A stretch of DNA of 64,000 nt from the NCBI GenBank assembly GCA_963796965.1, contig CAWCNS010000012.1:1-64000 (forward strand), in the 5' to 3' direction. Position 1 is the stretch's first letter. Every line of letters starts with the position of its first letter. A program made the translations under genes and the position numbers. The notes beneath the pieces were generated by a model, which saw nothing but the letters and a program-made list of their open reading frames with translations, searched no databases and was not told the origin of the DNA. This document shows, one piece after another, positions 20,862 to 30,998 of this stretch. The DNA comes from Calditrichia bacterium. GTDB taxonomy: Bacteria > Calditrichota > Calditrichia > JAJRVZ01.

Positions 20862-21149
20862 TAAAAGATAACCACAACGTTCGCAAATAAAAGATCTATG
20901 GTTTTAATTTAAGATTTATGGTAAGCAAAATCTAAAACCCTAATATTTTTTCTCTGCGCCGCTGCGTCGCTGCGAGAGAAAAAAGATAAACACCAAGCAC
21001 ACAAAGAATTCACTAAGTTCACAAAGGAAGATCTATTCTATTAATTTGATCTTGTTTGATTACAATCTATGGTTTTTAATTTAAGATTTAAGGTAAGCAA
21101 AATCAAAACCCATATTTTTTCTCTGCGCCGCTGCGTCGCTGCGTGAAAC
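20862..21149 (-). repeat. Same repeat family, 2 units (118 bp and ~165 bp)
   Basis: Same arms and core. Confidence 0.88.
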
Positions 21150-21169
21150 ACAATATAAGGGAGAACCAT

Positions 21170-22192
21170 CTATATCTCTTTTGGACGCCATCTCTTCAAA
21201 AGCCATTCCATTCTTTCCATCAACCAAATCATAAACCGCGAACGGTCCAGACAGAGAAAACTGTATAGAATATCAGCGATTTCCGGTGTTCTCAGATAAC
21301 CATAGGCTTTATGTGGATTTTTTTCGCCATTTATTTCATAAGTGTTCGTGACTTGAATATCGGTGACTCCAATCCCATGGGAGTTGGGTGCATAATCATC
21401 TGCCAGATCATAATTGAGGGCAACGCGATCGTGAAGATCTGAAAGATTATACCAGCTGCTGCGGATATTTTCCGGAACAGTGAGTTGCACTTGCGTCTCC
21501 GGTATGTTTTGCTCTAATCGAAATTTGTGCATGATGACTGGAATGCCTAGTGGCGATCCACAGGTAACGAAGGTATGGATAGGTATTTCTGGGACAATTT
21601 GAGTCAATACATCATAGGCGATTATCGATCCCATTGAATGACCGATAAGCAATATTTCATTTTTTTGATTTTTCCTTAATATATCCGCCAGGTGATAACG
21701 GATAGCGTCGCGGGCACGATAATCAGGAATAGCAGGAGGATTAGAGCCTTTATTTGTTACAGATCCATAATATATCTCCAAATCATGAAAAAAATGGTGG
21801 ATAATAAAGTCAGAAATCTTAGAAAAATTTATGGTCAGATCTTCATTCAATAGAACTTTGTCAAGTTGTTTTTCTATATAATCCCGAATCTTTTTTTGAA
21901 ATGGTTCCCTTTGGCCACGTGTGATTAAGCCCGCAGAGGTATAAGGTTCTTCTATAAATAAGGGATGATTTTTATCCAGTTCAGCTGGATCCAGGGGGTG
22001 CGCATGGATAAAATGAGCCCAGTATACTAATTCAAAATTTAACCAGGAGGTCGGGTAACGCAATGACTTAAAGCCATCCTGAATCGATTGCAGCCACCAT
22101 TCCTCCATAACAGTGACGGGAGGTTTGTTCCCCAATCCATGAACGGCAATAATTTTTTTAGACATAGGCAAATTTAAGTAATTAGATGACAA
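21170..22192 (-). CDS. Alpha/beta hydrolase-fold protein
   Basis: VHGLG, GHSMGS, TCGSPLG, NPHKAYGY. Confidence 0.8.
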   Translation of the reverse strand: MSSNYLNLPMSKKIIAVHGLGNKPPVTVMEEWWLQSIQDGFKSLRYPTSWLNFELVYWAHFIHAHPLDPAELDKNHPLFIEEPYTSAGLITRGQREPFQKKIRDYIEKQLDKVLLNEDLTINFSKISDFIIHHFFHDLEIYYGSVTNKGSNPPAIPDYRARDAIRYHLADILRKNQKNEILLIGHSMGSIIAYDVLTQIVPEIPIHTFVTCGSPLGIPVIMHKFRLEQNIPETQVQLTVPENIRSSWYNLSDLHDRVALNYDLADDYAPNSHGIGVTDIQVTNTYEINGEKNPHKAYGYLRTPEIADILYSFLCLDRSRFMIWLMERMEWLLKRWRPKEI

Positions 22193-22548
22193 TTTGTGTG
22201 CTTATAATATTGCAAATATAAATTTAAAGCAAGTGCAAAAATTTTATCCACTAATTATCACACCGGAAGGTGGATCCGCTCATCCCGTAATACGGGCCTG
22301 TCTCCTCCTTGGAAAAGGGGATGTTGAGAGTCATTGGTGGATTATTCTTACTTCATAAGTATTTTTTTAATTAAATTGTAAACACGAAGTCAAGTCAGGA
22401 CAATTTATTAATAAAAGAAGAAACCCTGTAAACCCTGTAAATCCTATTATCCTGTCAAAAATATAATTCGTGAAATTAGTATAAATTGGGCCTGGCTCGT
22501 TTTACGAGCGTAATTCGTGGATCTAATTCGTGGATCAAATTCACGGAT

Positions 22549-22581
22549 AAAAAAAGGGCAGACGATAACCACCATCTGCCC
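22549..22581 (-). terminator. Intrinsic terminator of trxA
   Basis: GGGCAGA/TCTGCCC stem with a U-tract on the minus strand. Confidence 0.75.
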
Positions 22582-22606
22582 CGATATAAAGAAAATATAG
22601 ATTATG

Positions 22607-22978
22607 TTAGTTGCTCTCAGCCGGCGGAACTTTTAAAACTTCGTCAATGATTTTTACAAAAGCATCTTTTGGAAGAGCCCCAGCAGCCATCTGCGGTTGT
22701 TCCCCCACAGGAATAAATAATAGCGAAGGGATACTGCGGATACCAAATGCACCGGCTAATTCCTGTTCATTCTCAGTATTGACCTTGTAAATATTAATTT
22801 TTCCTTCATATTCTGTGGACAATTCTTCAAGAACAGGTGCAACCATACGGCAAGGTCCACACCATTCAGCCCAAAAATCAATTATTGCAGGCAACTCGCC
22901 TTCATATTTCCAATCTTTGTTTTCTTCAAAATTAAATACTTTTTCCAAGAATGTGGTTTTCGTTAATTCTTCTGGCAT
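22607..22978 (-). CDS. trxA: Thioredoxin
   Basis: [18 protein letters not shown]. Confidence 0.95.
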   Translation of the reverse strand: MPEELTKTTFLEKVFNFEENKDWKYEGELPAIIDFWAEWCGPCRMVAPVLEELSTEYEGKINIYKVNTENEQELAGAFGIRSIPSLLFIPVGEQPQMAAGALPKDAFVKIIDEVLKVPPAESN

Positions 22979-23090
22979 ATTTCCTCCATATATCAAGTGT
23001 TTTTTATTTGCATTTATATCTTTGATGATACCTTACACAAAAAGATACATCCAGGGAACAATTAATTTAACCCACCGTTTAAATCCTCAA

Positions 23091-23148
23091 TATATGACAA
23101 AAATATTATTGTCATATACTTGACAAAATATATTTTGTCAAGTATATT
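23091..23148. promoter_or_regulatory. Palindromic divergent promoter/operator between trxA and the Crp gene
   Basis: Perfect 32-bp palindrome at 23115-23146; TTGACA-N17-TATATT on +, TTGACA-N17-TATATG on -. Confidence 0.65.
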
Positions 23149-23314
23149 CGCATCAGTGGGAAGTCACTGCGGTGCTTGAACAGAATTTTCTTCTTTGATT
23201 AGACTTGACTTTCAGACCATGCTCCACTTCCTGGTGCTGCTCTTTTAATTGTTGAAAATGGAAATATTTAGGGGACTTGCTTATGCAAGTTAGGGGAGGA
23301 ATTATGGGGGTTTT

Positions 23315-23992
23315 ATGGATCTGTCGGATATCAGGTATGTCGGTCTTTTTGATGGACTTGCCGAATATCAGTTAAAAAATATTCTTTCTGTAGTCGTAAG
23401 GCAGGATTTCAAAAAGAATCAAATGGTTCTTTTTGAAGATGAACCGGATACACGGCTATATCTTATCCTAAAAGGTCTGGTAAAGTTAACGCGCATTACA
23501 GAAGAGGGAAGAGAGTTTATTCTTTCATTCCTCGGTGAAGGTGATGTGCTTGGTGAGTTATCGATACTGGATGATGAGGTAAGAACTAACAATGCTGTTG
23601 CAGTTGAAGATACCACGCTTCTTTATATTAGCCGCACTGATTATCTCCATATATTTCAGGAATGTCCTAAGTTAACATTAAATCTCTTGCGTGATATGAC
23701 GCAGCGGATCAGAGAAAGAGATGCGCAAATAAAAAGCATGTCTCTGCAGTCCGCCACTGGAAAAGTTGCCAGCACTATTCTCCGCTTCGCGGATGAAGTA
23801 GGGAAGATAAATATGGGAAAAGTGGAAATAACACGTCTCCCCCCGCATCGGGACCTCGCCAATATGGTTGGCACCAGTCGTGAAACAATTTCAAGAGCCA
23901 TAAACTGGCTCACTGAAAATGGATATTTGCATAAACAAGGAAGCCGTCTTGTCATTAGTGATTATGAAAACTTTAGAGATTCTTTCTATTAA
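23315..23992 (+). CDS. Crp/Fnr family transcriptional regulator
   Basis: cNMP domain GELSILD...RT; HTH DLANMVGTSRETISR. Confidence 0.95.
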   Translation: MDLSDIRYVGLFDGLAEYQLKNILSVVVRQDFKKNQMVLFEDEPDTRLYLILKGLVKLTRITEEGREFILSFLGEGDVLGELSILDDEVRTNNAVAVEDTTLLYISRTDYLHIFQECPKLTLNLLRDMTQRIRERDAQIKSMSLQSATGKVASTILRFADEVGKINMGKVEITRLPPHRDLANMVGTSRETISRAINWLTENGYLHKQGSRLVISDYENFRDSFY

Positions 23993-24151
23993 TCTGTAGA
24001 ATTCCTCGAGGCTTTGCCTCGGGGTTTCCTATTTCTCCCTCTTCATTAGGAGAGGGTTGGAAAGAGGTAAATAAATTTTACCTTCTCATCCTCTAATTTA
24101 TTATCTTATGATGTAATTCGTTGTTTATACATTAGCCCATTTACAATATAC

Positions 24152-26602
24152 ATGCCGAGAAGGTCTGGTAATATGAACTTTTTCGCCTTTAATAATCCTG
24201 CTGATTTTACCAATCATGAAACCTTAGAAGTCGGTAGAAGTGGGCCTTCCAGGGTTGTGCGCAATTCCCCAAATACTTCGCCAAACCACCATCATTTTCT
24301 TAATATATACAATCCGGCAAATCAAACCCGGGAAGAGTTAATAAATAACTTTGTGGTGCGAAAAAGGGAATTCGAAGAAATCTACTCTACGATTAGTCAG
24401 GATGACATGAAAGAACCACCGCGCCATTTTATTGTACAGGGTCAGCGGGGAAGTGGAAAAACAACCTTGCTTCTCAGGCTCTATTATGAGATAAGTAAGT
24501 CTGAAAAACATAAAAACTGGCTGCTGGCAATTCGTTTTGATGAAGAGCAATATAATATCAGAACTTTATATAAACTATGGGAAAATATTGCCATCTATCT
24601 TGAAGAAGAGCTGGAGGAAGGATTTGAAGGGCTTTTTGATGAAATGCAGCGCTACATTGAAGAGAAAGATTATGAAAAAATCTGTTATGATTTGCTAAAA
24701 AAAGGTTTACGGAAACAACATAAAAAATTAATCCTCTTTATCGATAACTTTGGGGATATGCTTGGCAAATTTCAACCCAGGGAACACCATAGGCTTGAAT
24801 ATTTGCTCACACATGAAACTGATTTCCGTATCATTGGGGGCTCGTCTGTGGTCCTGGATTACAAACAGGAATATACACAACCTATTTATGAACTCTTTAA
24901 AATAATTCAGCTCGAGGGTTTGAACCAATCAGAAACAGTAGATTTACTTTTAAATCTTGGCAAAAACTATGATACCATCTCCATAAATGATATCGTAGTA
25001 CATGAATCCGGCAGAATTGAGGCCCTGCGTCGACTTACGAGTGGCGTCCCCAGAACCATTGTCCTCCTTTTCGAAATATTTGTTGATAATGAATCCGGAG
25101 ATTCCTTCCGTGATCTGGAAACCATTCTCGATCGGGTAACACCTCTATATAAACATCGCATGGATGATTTATCACCACAGCAACAGGAGATTGTACACGC
25201 CATTGCCATGAATTGGGATGCTGTAGGTGTAAAAGAAATCGCCCGAATTACTCGAATGGAGAGCAAAGCGGTATCTGCCCAGTTAAAACAATTAGAATTC
25301 AACCGAATTGTCTCGAAAATTCGAACCAATATTAAAAATCATTTTTATCAGATCAATGAACGTTTTTTCAATATATGGTATCTGATGCGCTATGGGCGAA
25401 GACGCGAACGAAACAAGGTACTATGGCTGGTCCGGTTTCTACAGAATTGGTGTAACCGTGAAGAATTGATCTTACGTGCGGAACGACATATACAAGCGTT
25501 ACAAAAAGGAGATATCTATGAAAAACATGCCCTTTTTATGACGCAGGCACTCTCACACACGGATATCCCTGAAGATCTTCAATATATAATGATTAAAGAA
25601 ACCCGTAAACTCCTTACTGAAAAGAATAAAGAACTACTAAATGAGCTTTCAAAATCCGACAAAGAGCTCTATAATACTTTTGCTCTTTTTTATACAGAGA
25701 AGAATTATAGCCAGGCCCTAAAAAATCTCCTCGAAATTCGCAACAAAACAGGCTTTGTTCTCGCCATGACCGGATTCCTCTACGAATTACATCTCAGAGA
25801 ATTTACAAAAGCAGAACAGTACTATTTGCAAGCGATTGAAAAAGGGTATGATGGAATGATCTCAAACCTGGCAAGTCTTTACGAACTTGAATTTCATGAT
25901 TTCAAAAAAGCTGAAAAATATTATTTGATTGCATTTAATAAGAATAACAACAATGCCATATATCGACTTGCCCTTATGTATCAACTTAAATTAAATAATA
26001 TCACCAAAGCCATACAGTATTTTAAACTGGCCATTGATAAAGGCAATGTAGAGGCAATGAATAGTCTGGCCTTATTGTACCAAACTGACTTAAAGGAATA
26101 TGATAAGGCAGTTAAATATTTTCGAATGGCTATCGATACCGGCAATGTGGAGGCAATGAATAATCTTGCCTGGCTCTATTTTATCACCAAAGAAAATAAA
26201 AAAGAAGCGATCAATTTGCTTAATAAGGCCTATCAGGAAAGCATGACCGTTACAAATTCCTATGTTTGGGCCATGGTCCTAATTTGGAATGATCAGATAG
26301 AAGAAGGCATATCCCGGGCGAATGATTTTATGGAAAATGAAGATATGATCACCCGGTTTAGTATGGGAATAGAACCCTACCTGATGCTCCTCATAGCAAA
26401 AAAACAATTTGATTATCTTTATGATCTTTTTCATAAAAATCAGTACAATATACGGGATGTATATAAACCAATTTATTATGCTCTTGTGTATTTTATGCAA
26501 GATTCACATCCCGATGACTATAAACGTATGGGCGAAGAACTGCGCCAAACTGTTGAAGAAATCATTAACCAAATCCACCAGATGGAAATAGATTACCTCT
26601 AA
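24152..26602 (+). CDS. STAND-like P-loop ATPase with winged HTH and Sel1/TPR repeats
   Basis: [20 protein letters not shown]-terminal repeats [18 protein letters not shown]. Confidence 0.85.
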   Translation: MPRRSGNMNFFAFNNPADFTNHETLEVGRSGPSRVVRNSPNTSPNHHHFLNIYNPANQTREELINNFVVRKREFEEIYSTISQDDMKEPPRHFIVQGQRGSGKTTLLLRLYYEISKSEKHKNWLLAIRFDEEQYNIRTLYKLWENIAIYLEEELEEGFEGLFDEMQRYIEEKDYEKICYDLLKKGLRKQHKKLILFIDNFGDMLGKFQPREHHRLEYLLTHETDFRIIGGSSVVLDYKQEYTQPIYELFKIIQLEGLNQSETVDLLLNLGKNYDTISINDIVVHESGRIEALRRLTSGVPRTIVLLFEIFVDNESGDSFRDLETILDRVTPLYKHRMDDLSPQQQEIVHAIAMNWDAVGVKEIARITRMESKAVSAQLKQLEFNRIVSKIRTNIKNHFYQINERFFNIWYLMRYGRRRERNKVLWLVRFLQNWCNREELILRAERHIQALQKGDIYEKHALFMTQALSHTDIPEDLQYIMIKETRKLLTEKNKELLNELSKSDKELYNTFALFYTEKNYSQALKNLLEIRNKTGFVLAMTGFLYELHLREFTKAEQYYLQAIEKGYDGMISNLASLYELEFHDFKKAEKYYLIAFNKNNNNAIYRLALMYQLKLNNITKAIQYFKLAIDKGNVEAMNSLALLYQTDLKEYDKAVKYFRMAIDTGNVEAMNNLAWLYFITKENKKEAINLLNKAYQESMTVTNSYVWAMVLIWNDQIEEGISRANDFMENEDMITRFSMGIEPYLMLLIAKKQFDYLYDLFHKNQYNIRDVYKPIYYALVYFMQDSHPDDYKRMGEELRQTVEEIINQIHQMEIDYL

Positions 26603-26931
26603 ATAATTACAAAATCATCATCCCGTATCTCGTATCCCGTATCCCGTATCCCGTATCAAGCATCCAGTATCGAGAATCCGATTTTTTATCCCAAATCCCC
26701 CATCTCTTATCCCGTATCCCGTATCCCGAATCCCGAATCCAGCTCCCCCATCCCCTACCTGCCCATAATTTTTTTTGAACACTTTTTTGTCACAGGCGTT
26801 AAGATTTAGTAAATTAAAAACTTTTAAAAATTTAGAACAAATAGATGGTTTGCTATATAATCACAGAAAAAGTAGAGAATTACTGTGTTCTCTGTATTCT
26901 CAGTGGTTAAAAAAATAACTTGGGGGAATGA

Positions 26932-29172
26932 ATGGACATCGGTTCTTTTACAATAATTGCGGCATTCATGGCCGTTTTAGTTTCATTGGTGGGGTATTTA
27001 GCAGCAGCCCGTAATGAAGATATAAAAGAAGTTAAGGGTAAAAAGGAGGAAAAACCTTCGTTTTTTCTCGATCTTGCCCGACTCAGCTACTATATTACAA
27101 CAATTTCTATAACCATTGCTTCTGTATACCTGTATCATCTCATCCTCACACATCAATTTCAGATTAAATATGTATATCAATATTCTTCGAGCGATTTATC
27201 CTTCGGCTTATTGCTTTCAACTTTCTGGGCAGGGCAGGAAGGATCTTTTCTCTTCTGGACTTTGTTAATTGCCCTCTTCGGACTTCTGTTTTTAAAGAAA
27301 TCCGGCACATACGAAGCGAAATCTATGGTTTTTCTAAACCTAATTCTGGCTTTCTTTTTAGCCATATTATTAAAAGCAAGTCCTTTTGTAACCATGACCA
27401 ATGTGCCAACTGAAGGGGCCGGGCTCAATCCACTGCTTCAAAATTTTTGGATGATTATCCATCCGCCCATTCTTTTTATTGGCTACGCTGCCATTGCCAT
27501 TCCATTTAGCCTCGCTCTCGCCGCATTATGGAAAAAGGATTATAATGGTTGGTTAAACCAGGCTCTTCCCTGGACAATTTTCACCGCGCTTACACTTGGT
27601 GCCGGGATCATCATTGGAGCCTTCTGGGCCTATGAAACCCTTGGTTGGGGAGGTTATTGGGGGTGGGATCCTGTCGAAAACTCTTCTCTGATCCCCTGGC
27701 TTACTCTACTTGCCCTGGTTCATGGAATAGTTGTGCAACGCAGAAATCAATCTCTAGCCAAAACAAACTTTATGTTTGCGATTCTTTCTTTTGTATTGGT
27801 TTTATATGCCACTTTCTTAACCAGAAGCGGCGTTTTAGAAGACTTTTCAGTTCACTCTTTTCAAAATCTTGGAATTAGCAATTACCTTATCATATTTATG
27901 ATCGTTATGCTCGGGATCGGATTAATATTTTTCTTTAAAAGACTCAAAGATATTCCCCTCAAACCGATGGATCTGAACACCTTAAACCGGGAAAATGGTT
28001 TGTTTGGCGCAATGATTGTTTTAGCGGCCTCGGCTTTTCTTACCTTTTTAGGCACATCTTCACCGATCATTACGGGCCTGATGGGTAGCCCTTCACAAGT
28101 AGATATTTCCTTCTATGATAAGGTTAATTTACCAGTGGGTATAGTCATGGCCATATTACTTGGAATTACACCATTTCTTTTATGGATAGAAAAAGATCTG
28201 AAATCTTTACCTCGGCGATTGGCGGCGCCGGCCTTTTTGGCTGTGGTTTTTACAATTTTTACAGTCATAATGGGTGATCTGGGTATCGGGGAAATAATTT
28301 TTGTATTGGCGTCTTATTTTGCTCTTTTTGCAAATATTATCGTGCTTTACCGTCAATGGAAAATTAGCTGGAGAAATATTGCTGGTCCAATCTCTCATTT
28401 TGGTGTAGCCCTTGCTTTTATCTCAATCATAATTTCTGGAAACTATTCTGTTGAACAACGCATTGTTCTGGACAAGGATAAAACCGAGGAAATAATGGGA
28501 CATCAGGTTACATACAAAGGAATCAAACCGAAGGCAGATGGAAAGAATGTTCTTGAGATTCAAGTGGAAGGTAGTGGTGTCTCTTATACGGCTACACCGC
28601 GTCTTTTCAATACAAAAAACAATGAAGTGATGCGTGAACCACATGTGAAATCAGGATTTATTAATGATATTTATATCTCTCCTTTAGAGCACCGTGCTGG
28701 CGGTAATCATGCGCATGGCGGGAGTCTAACCCTTGTAAAAGGTGAAACAAAAGACTACAAGGGGATGCAGATCACTTTCAATACGTTTCAGATGAAACCC
28801 CATGATGATGGCAGCTCATTTAATGTTGGAGCCGTTTTAAATGTTAAAGATGGTGATCATGCTCATACGGTAGTGCCCATTCTTACCATGGGTTCGCAAG
28901 GAAGAACAAGCCAGCCGGCTGTGATTCCCACCCATGGCAAATATGCCAAAGAAGTTAAAGTGCTCCTCAAAGGTATGGATGCTGATAAGAAAATGATAGA
29001 ATTAGATATCCTTGGTTTGGGCGACGAAAAAATTGTTGCCGATCAGATTGGTGAGCAATTAATGATTGAATTCAGTACCAAGCCCTTTATGTCCATCCTC
29101 TGGTTTGGAACCATATTGCTAATAGCAGGTTCGATAATCGCTCTTACCCAAAGAATCAATGTGGCCAAATAA
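26932..29172 (+). CDS. ccmF: Cytochrome c-type biogenesis heme lyase (CcmF/NrfE family)
   Basis: WAGQEGS, LNPLLQN, IHPP, WGGYWGWDPVEN, TRSG...SVHSF. Confidence 0.9.
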   Translation: MDIGSFTIIAAFMAVLVSLVGYLAAARNEDIKEVKGKKEEKPSFFLDLARLSYYITTISITIASVYLYHLILTHQFQIKYVYQYSSSDLSFGLLLSTFWAGQEGSFLFWTLLIALFGLLFLKKSGTYEAKSMVFLNLILAFFLAILLKASPFVTMTNVPTEGAGLNPLLQNFWMIIHPPILFIGYAAIAIPFSLALAALWKKDYNGWLNQALPWTIFTALTLGAGIIIGAFWAYETLGWGGYWGWDPVENSSLIPWLTLLALVHGIVVQRRNQSLAKTNFMFAILSFVLVLYATFLTRSGVLEDFSVHSFQNLGISNYLIIFMIVMLGIGLIFFFKRLKDIPLKPMDLNTLNRENGLFGAMIVLAASAFLTFLGTSSPIITGLMGSPSQVDISFYDKVNLPVGIVMAILLGITPFLLWIEKDLKSLPRRLAAPAFLAVVFTIFTVIMGDLGIGEIIFVLASYFALFANIIVLYRQWKISWRNIAGPISHFGVALAFISIIISGNYSVEQRIVLDKDKTEEIMGHQVTYKGIKPKADGKNVLEIQVEGSGVSYTATPRLFNTKNNEVMREPHVKSGFINDIYISPLEHRAGGNHAHGGSLTLVKGETKDYKGMQITFNTFQMKPHDDGSSFNVGAVLNVKDGDHAHTVVPILTMGSQGRTSQPAVIPTHGKYAKEVKVLLKGMDADKKMIELDILGLGDEKIVADQIGEQLMIEFSTKPFMSILWFGTILLIAGSIIALTQRINVAK

Positions 29173-29311
29173 GTTCCGGGACAGGCCTCTTTGTCTTTGA
29201 TAAAAAAACGATATATTGCATGCAGAATTAATAATAATGAATAAAGGAAAAAAATAATTTATTGACCTATTATAATGTCTATATGAAACCGAAGATCGAA
29301 TTCCCCCTTGG

Positions 29312-29412
29312 AAGGGACTGTTGCAGTTTAGGTTGTTATTAGCCAAAACTGAATTTTTTCTATCGATTAAGCAAAATCTATTCCCCCTTAGAAAGGGGGT
29401 TAGGGGGATGTA
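29312..29412 (+). repeat. ~100-bp dispersed repeat ending in a TCCCCCTT/AAGGGGG hairpin
   Basis: Near-identical copy at 33037-33139; partial copy at 37168-37211. Confidence 0.85.
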
Positions 29413-29560
29413 TTAATTCGACTTAGCCATGAGAACCCCTTTAACCCATCTCCGTCGGCATATCGGGATCAAATCTTCCATGATTTGACCAGCATCCAGT
29501 ATCGAGTATCAAGCATCCACCTTTCCTATCACGTTTTTAATCCAAAATCCGCCTTCCAAA

Positions 29561-29591
<31 letters not shown>

Positions 29592-29610
29592 CCGCATCCC
29601 AAATCGTAGA

Positions 29611-30693
29611 TCACCGATACGCCGCCTTATCCATTTCACCAACAGATTTAATTGGCCGCGGAGGGTTTAGGTATCGTGTAAGAAATTTGTGAACTTTTAA
29701 CCTGATCTCTTTAGCCTTTTTGGTGTCCATTCGGTCAAATGAATGTCCACCGGGAACATCCTTATAAATTTCGTACTCAAATTTTTTACCTTCAGCTTTT
29801 AATGATTTAATCAAATGTTCAACCTCGAGGACATTTACATCATCATCATTTGTGTTTGTATGGATAAGCAGGGGGGTCTTTAATTTATGAGCTTGCCAGG
29901 CCGGAGATCTCCTTTTATACTCTTCTACATTATCATTGGCAATTTTGCCAATATGATAATCGGCGGAGTAGAGTTCCCTGTAATCCTGTGTCATATATCC
30001 CATTCTGGCAATCAGATCACTGACCGGAACACCAGCGAATGCTACTTTGTAATCATCAGGATGGTCAAAGATGTTGAATAGCGAAATCAAACCACCATGA
30101 CTCCAACCTATAATTCCCACGCGATCCTCATCGACAAAATTGTAATTTTCAATCACAAAGTTCCTGCTTGCATAGACATCTTCCACTTCAAGACCACCGT
30201 AATCAATTTTCTCATAATGACCTTTGCCATACCCTGTGCTGCCACGATATTCTGCAGCGACAACGATATAGTGTTGGGCAATCAATTCTTTTACAATATG
30301 TGTATAGTAAGTAGAAAAATTGCTGTGAACGCCCCCATGCGGCAATACAATAAGAGGATATTTCTTATTGGTATCGATGTCCCGGGGAATAAAGACATAA
30401 GTCCAGAACTTGACAGGATTTTTTGCACCCATCGCCGTTTCATTCTTGATTTTCCAGAGAGGTGGGCCATAAATGTATACTTTATCAATAAAAGCAACAT
30501 TGCCAACCCGTTGAAACCATAAAATATCATCGACGCTTTTCTCAATTTCATCCAGCCGGTGTCTGAGATTTTCATTATCCTCTTTTAGTGATTGCAATAC
30601 CTTCGCTGAATCCTGTGCATTCACTGTCATCCACATCATGCTAACTAACAGAATAGCCATTACATATACAGGATAATCTCTAAAATTTTTCAT
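29611..30693 (-). CDS. Secreted S9 (prolyl oligopeptidase family) serine peptidase
   Basis: PHGG, EYRGSTGYG, GWSHGG, GGHSF. Confidence 0.9.
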   Translation of the reverse strand: MKNFRDYPVYVMAILLVSMMWMTVNAQDSAKVLQSLKEDNENLRHRLDEIEKSVDDILWFQRVGNVAFIDKVYIYGPPLWKIKNETAMGAKNPVKFWTYVFIPRDIDTNKKYPLIVLPHGGVHSNFSTYYTHIVKELIAQHYIVVAAEYRGSTGYGKGHYEKIDYGGLEVEDVYASRNFVIENYNFVDEDRVGIIGWSHGGLISLFNIFDHPDDYKVAFAGVPVSDLIARMGYMTQDYRELYSADYHIGKIANDNVEEYKRRSPAWQAHKLKTPLLIHTNTNDDDVNVLEVEHLIKSLKAEGKKFEYEIYKDVPGGHSFDRMDTKKAKEIRLKVHKFLTRYLNPPRPIKSVGEMDKAAYR

Positions 30694-30998
30694 AACAACC
30701 CCATTTATTTTAATCTCTAATTCCTAATATCTAAATTCTAAAAAATTTCCAATACCAAAACCCCAACCCAAACCACAATCTTTCAATTCCTAATTCCTAA
30801 TACCCAATTCTATATCCCAAATTTTTTATCCCCTATCTCCCATCCAATTCCAAATTACAAATTCCCAGTTCCTAATTCCAATTTCAGGCACCTGTCACCA
30901 TATCAAAATTACCGCACAACTGAAACATTTTCCCCCTATCTTACGTCTTTCTTTATATAGCGCACCTGGACCTATAAATAATAATTGTGGGGTATTCG

